64,000 bases of DNA from Dehalococcoidia bacterium (GTDB taxonomy: Bacteria > Chloroflexota > Dehalococcoidia > Dehalococcoidales > W498), in the NCBI GenBank assembly GCA_011170285.1, contig DUEE01000023.1, positions 7,283 through 71,282 on the forward strand. Direction: 5' to 3'. This document shows positions 61,225 to 64,000 of the stretch, in pieces. The position numbers and the translations under genes are program-made. Each line of letters starts with the position of its first letter. Position 1 is the stretch's first letter. A model generated the notes under the pieces. The model saw only the letters and a list, made by a program, of their open reading frames with translations. It ran no database searches and was not told where the DNA came from.

Positions 61225-61234
61225 ATTTATACAA

Positions 61235-62347
61235 ATGACAGGCTTACTTATGGAACAAACGCAACATATGCAGATGCGGCAGGAACTAAGACAATTCCTC
61301 CGAATGGAACAGGCTAACCTGCTGGAGATGCCTGAGGAAGAGTTTAATCGGCTCATCACTGAGATAGAGCAGAGTCCCCTTTTCAGAAGGCTTTACCGGA
61401 AGGAAGAGCTAATCCGCTACCAGAGATTTCCTAGAACTGACATTTCCTCTAGCTTCTATCAACTAAAGGAAGAGATGGTAGCTGATAGAAGTTCTCCTGA
61501 TATTGAATCCCTTATATTAAATAAGGAGCATATCATTCATCAAATACAGAAGCTGGGGCTGGAGAAATTCAAACGGTATTTCTTATTCCCTGAATCAGGG
61601 ATGGCCCCTGAAGAAATCGCCAGAGAGTGTGACTTGGAGGTCTCGGAGGTTCAGAAGATAAATAACCTTATTGATGAAGTCTCTATTATGAGTGAGTTTT
61701 ATCATCCCTCCAATGTCACCTCAGGCGGCATTCACTACTCCAAGGTCGCCTCAGTGGAGGAGGGCGAGAAGGGTTTTGTTATTGGCTACTATTCGGCTTC
61801 TTTCGCCCGGGGTCAGTATTCGATTGATTATGAGAGGTTTGAAGAGTTAAAGGTGGCTGGTGTCCTCACCGAAGCTGAGGTCAAGGAAGCTAGGCAGTTA
61901 TTCAAGAGGCTGGAACTAATTAATAGCCGCAAGGACACGCTAAGTCAAATACTGCAAAATATTATTGACAAGCAGGCACTCTATCTAGACTCTGGTGATT
62001 TGAAGACTCTTTTACCCTTCAGTCAAAAGGAGCTAGCCGAAAAGATTGGACTTGCTCCCAGCTCGGTCAGTCGCGCTATTAGTGGTAAAAGTATAGACAC
62101 CCCTTCGGGTCAAGAAGTCCCCCTTAAACACTTCTTCCCCAGACCAAAGAGATTTAGGCAGGAACTGCTCAGGCAGCTTCTTGAAACTGATAAGGAGCTT
62201 TCCTCAGACGAGGCAATCCGGAACAAGCTCTGGGAGAAATTTGGCGTAGCCATCTCCCGACGCTCGGTAGCCAACCTGAGGAAAGAACTTAAAATTCCGG
62301 CAGCTCAGGGAAAACGACGTTCTGTCCGGGGTAAGGAGACAAGATGA
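61235..62347 (+). CDS. rpoN: RNA polymerase sigma-54 factor, compact form
   Basis: 370 aa. Region I-like N-terminus MQMRQELRQFLRMEQANLLEM...EIEQSPLF. The C-terminal HTH is QKELAEKIGLAPSSVSRAISGKSIDTPSG..PLKHFF. The RpoN box-like sequence is VAISRRSVANLRKELKIP. Confidence 0.75.
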   Translation: MTGLLMEQTQHMQMRQELRQFLRMEQANLLEMPEEEFNRLITEIEQSPLFRRLYRKEELIRYQRFPRTDISSSFYQLKEEMVADRSSPDIESLILNKEHIIHQIQKLGLEKFKRYFLFPESGMAPEEIARECDLEVSEVQKINNLIDEVSIMSEFYHPSNVTSGGIHYSKVASVEEGEKGFVIGYYSASFARGQYSIDYERFEELKVAGVLTEAEVKEARQLFKRLELINSRKDTLSQILQNIIDKQALYLDSGDLKTLLPFSQKELAEKIGLAPSSVSRAISGKSIDTPSGQEVPLKHFFPRPKRFRQELLRQLLETDKELSSDEAIRNKLWEKFGVAISRRSVANLRKELKIPAAQGKRRSVRGKETR

Positions 62348-64000
62348 GTATTGTTTACACTGAGAGAGAAAAGTGTAAAGGCTGCTATGCCTGTATCCGT
62401 AACTGCCCTGCCCAGGCAATCAGGGGTAGAGAGGGCTTGGCTGAGGTAATAAAGGAACGCTGTATTGACTGCGGAACCTGTGTTCAGCTCTGCATGGCTA
62501 AGGCAAATCAGGCAGAGAGCGACATAGGTGTAGTCTGGCAGCTATTGGGACAGCGTCAACCCATAATTGCTATGCTTTCCGCCCCATTTCCTGCCGCTTT
62601 TCCTCAAATTAAGCCGGGACAGCTAGTAACCTCCCTCAAGAAGCTGGGGTTTAGTGAAGTTATGGAGGACTCCTTCGGTGCCGAGCTAGTCTGCCGCGAG
62701 TATGCTCACCTCCTACGCGAAAATAAAGGTAAACCAATCCTCTCATCTACCTGTCCAGTTATAGTATCCTACATTGAGAAATATTATCCCCAGCTAATTG
62801 ACAACCTAGCCCCTATCGTCTCGCCTATGATAGCCATGGCTAGAGTGATTAAGCAGCGGTATAATCCACAGGCCAAGGTAGTCTTCATTGGTTCTTGTAT
62901 AGCCAAGAAAGCTGAAGCTAAAGATGAGAAGGTTACCGGGATAGTCGACGCTGTTCTGACCTTTGCTGAGATGAAGGAGATGTTCGCGACTAGAGGGATT
63001 ACTCCTGAGACTGAGGAGGAGGGGCAATCGTCGGGTCCCAAGCCCAATCTGGGCCGCCTTTTTGCCATATCGGGGGGATTGCTGAAAGTAGCGGGACTCT
63101 CAGATGACATGCTGACAAATGAAATTATCAATGCCTGTGGCCGGGAATATACGCCCAATATCCTTCATGAATTTGCCGAAGGCAATATTACGGCTAGGCT
63201 CATCAGCCTATGTTTCTGCGAGGGCTGTATTGACGGGCCAGTTATTGATAATAACCTAAGCATTTTTAAGCGAAGGGAAATAATCAGCAATTATACCATT
63301 AGCCAGTCAGACCCGGCTCAAACTGAGCAGGACATTCAGCAGTATGCCGGTATTGACCTTAGCCGGAAATTTACCAATCGAGGTGTCGTCCTGCCTATGC
63401 CAAGTGAGGAAGATGTTCAAGGAGTTTTAGAGAAGATTGGTAGAGTGGACCCCGGCTACCGGATGAACTGTGGTGCCTGCGGCTATAGCGGCTGCCGAGA
63501 ACTGGCAATAGCCGTCTGCCAAGGTCTGGCTGAGACTGAGATGTGCTGGCCATACGTACTTAAGACGTTAAGGACTACCCAAGAAGAGCTAATTCAGGCA
63601 GAGAAGCTGACCTCCCTAGGTCAACTGGCAGCATCTATAGCTCATGAGGTAAATAATCCCCTGGCTGGTGTGTTAATTTATACCCAATTATTGGCAAAGA
63701 AAATAGCTGGAGACGGTCTTCCCAAAGAAAAAACCTTGGACTATTTGTCAAAAATGGAATCGGAGCTTCAGCGCAGCACCGGGTTGATTCGAAACCTTCT
63801 TAACTTTGCCCGAGAATCACCACCAACCTTTAGGGAGGTGAACCTTAATGATGTCGTTAACCGAGCCCTCGACCTGACTGCCCATTCGGCTGAGCTACAG
63901 CGCGTCCAGGTGATAAAAGAGCTTACCCCTTCCCCACCTAATTTAACGGCCGATTTTGACCAGCTTCAGCAGGTTAGCACCAATCTCATTATGAATGCCA
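62344..64000 (+). CDS. [FeFe]-hydrogenase-like Fe-S sensor domain fused to a histidine kinase (3' end outside window)
   Basis: Missing from the ORF track because it has no stop in the window. The ATG at 62344 overlaps the rpoN stop (ATGA). My translation gives MSIVYTEREKCKGCYACIRNCPAQAI...CIDCGTCVQLC (2x4Fe-4S). Hydrogenase large-subunit-like motifs follow: SSTCPV, GSCIAKKAE and LCFCEGCIDGP. Next come a CGACGYSGC Fe-S domain and an H-box LGQLAASIAHEVNNPL. Confidence 0.85.
   Translation, partial: MSIVYTEREKCKGCYACIRNCPAQAIRGREGLAEVIKERCIDCGTCVQLCMAKANQAESDIGVVWQLLGQRQPIIAMLSAPFPAAFPQIKPGQLVTSLKKLGFSEVMEDSFGAELVCREYAHLLRENKGKPILSSTCPVIVSYIEKYYPQLIDNLAPIVSPMIAMARVIKQRYNPQAKVVFIGSCIAKKAEAKDEKVTGIVDAVLTFAEMKEMFATRGITPETEEEGQSSGPKPNLGRLFAISGGLLKVAGLSDDMLTNEIINACGREYTPNILHEFAEGNITARLISLCFCEGCIDGPVIDNNLSIFKRREIISNYTISQSDPAQTEQDIQQYAGIDLSRKFTNRGVVLPMPSEEDVQGVLEKIGRVDPGYRMNCGACGYSGCRELAIAVCQGLAETEMCWPYVLKTLRTTQEELIQAEKLTSLGQLAASIAHEVNNPLAGVLIYTQLLAKKIAGDGLPKEKTLDYLSKMESELQRSTGLIRNLLNFARESPPTFREVNLNDVVNRALDLTAHSAELQRVQVIKELTPSPPNLTADFDQLQQVSTNLIMNA

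Overview
This is a 64-kb chromosomal window from an anaerobic bacterium. All family calls below come from reading motifs by eye; no searches were run. Bacterial hallmarks are RecO/RecR, DnaX, NAD-dependent LigA, PriA, Pth, Def, MraZ/RsmH/FtsA/FtsZ and NrdR. Overall GC looks to be in the mid-40s percent (estimated from a few hand-counted stretches, not measured). The division cluster has no peptidoglycan genes, and a Wood-Ljungdahl cluster is present. Together these suggest a Chloroflexota/Dehalococcoidia-like organism, but that is inference only. I call about 60 CDS, one tRNA-Leu, one truncated tRNA-Cys-like element and one IS21 IstB remnant. I saw no rRNA and no CRISPR array. Main blocks, left to right: (1) recO-recR-ybaB-dnaX, a tubulin/CetZ-like GTPase, gap, eno, pth and ligA. 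(2) DUF1015, def, small hydrolases, yggS and xth. (3) An accessory-looking patch with an XRE gene, the IstB remnant, a PAS hybrid kinase and MarR plus a MacB-type ABC pair. (4) A DnaE2-like polymerase preceded by an 82-aa ORF and a promoter carrying a LexA-type box, then priA and trmD-rplS. (5) mraZ-rsmH-ftsA-ftsZ with nothing in between. (6) nrdR-xre-immA-nrdJ-DUF169 behind tandem NrdR boxes, followed by a duplicated nrdJ tail. (7) cooC-fhs-cooC-folD-orf-acsD-acsA-acsB-acsC-acsE-DUF3786. (8) thpR, an amidohydrolase, an ABC-2 pair, L25, split transketolase, a racemase and plsY. (9) tRNAs, then 630 bp of non-coding DNA. (10) A compact sigma-54 gene translationally coupled to an [FeFe]-hydrogenase-like sensor histidine kinase that runs off the right edge. 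The leads most worth follow-up are the CetZ-like tubulin homologue in a bacterial context, the putative SOS-controlled two-gene DnaE2 cassette, the XRE/ImmA pair inside the NrdR-controlled nrd operon, the nrdJ-tail duplication bracketing DUF169, and the rpoN/hydrogenase-like kinase pair next to a tRNA fragment.
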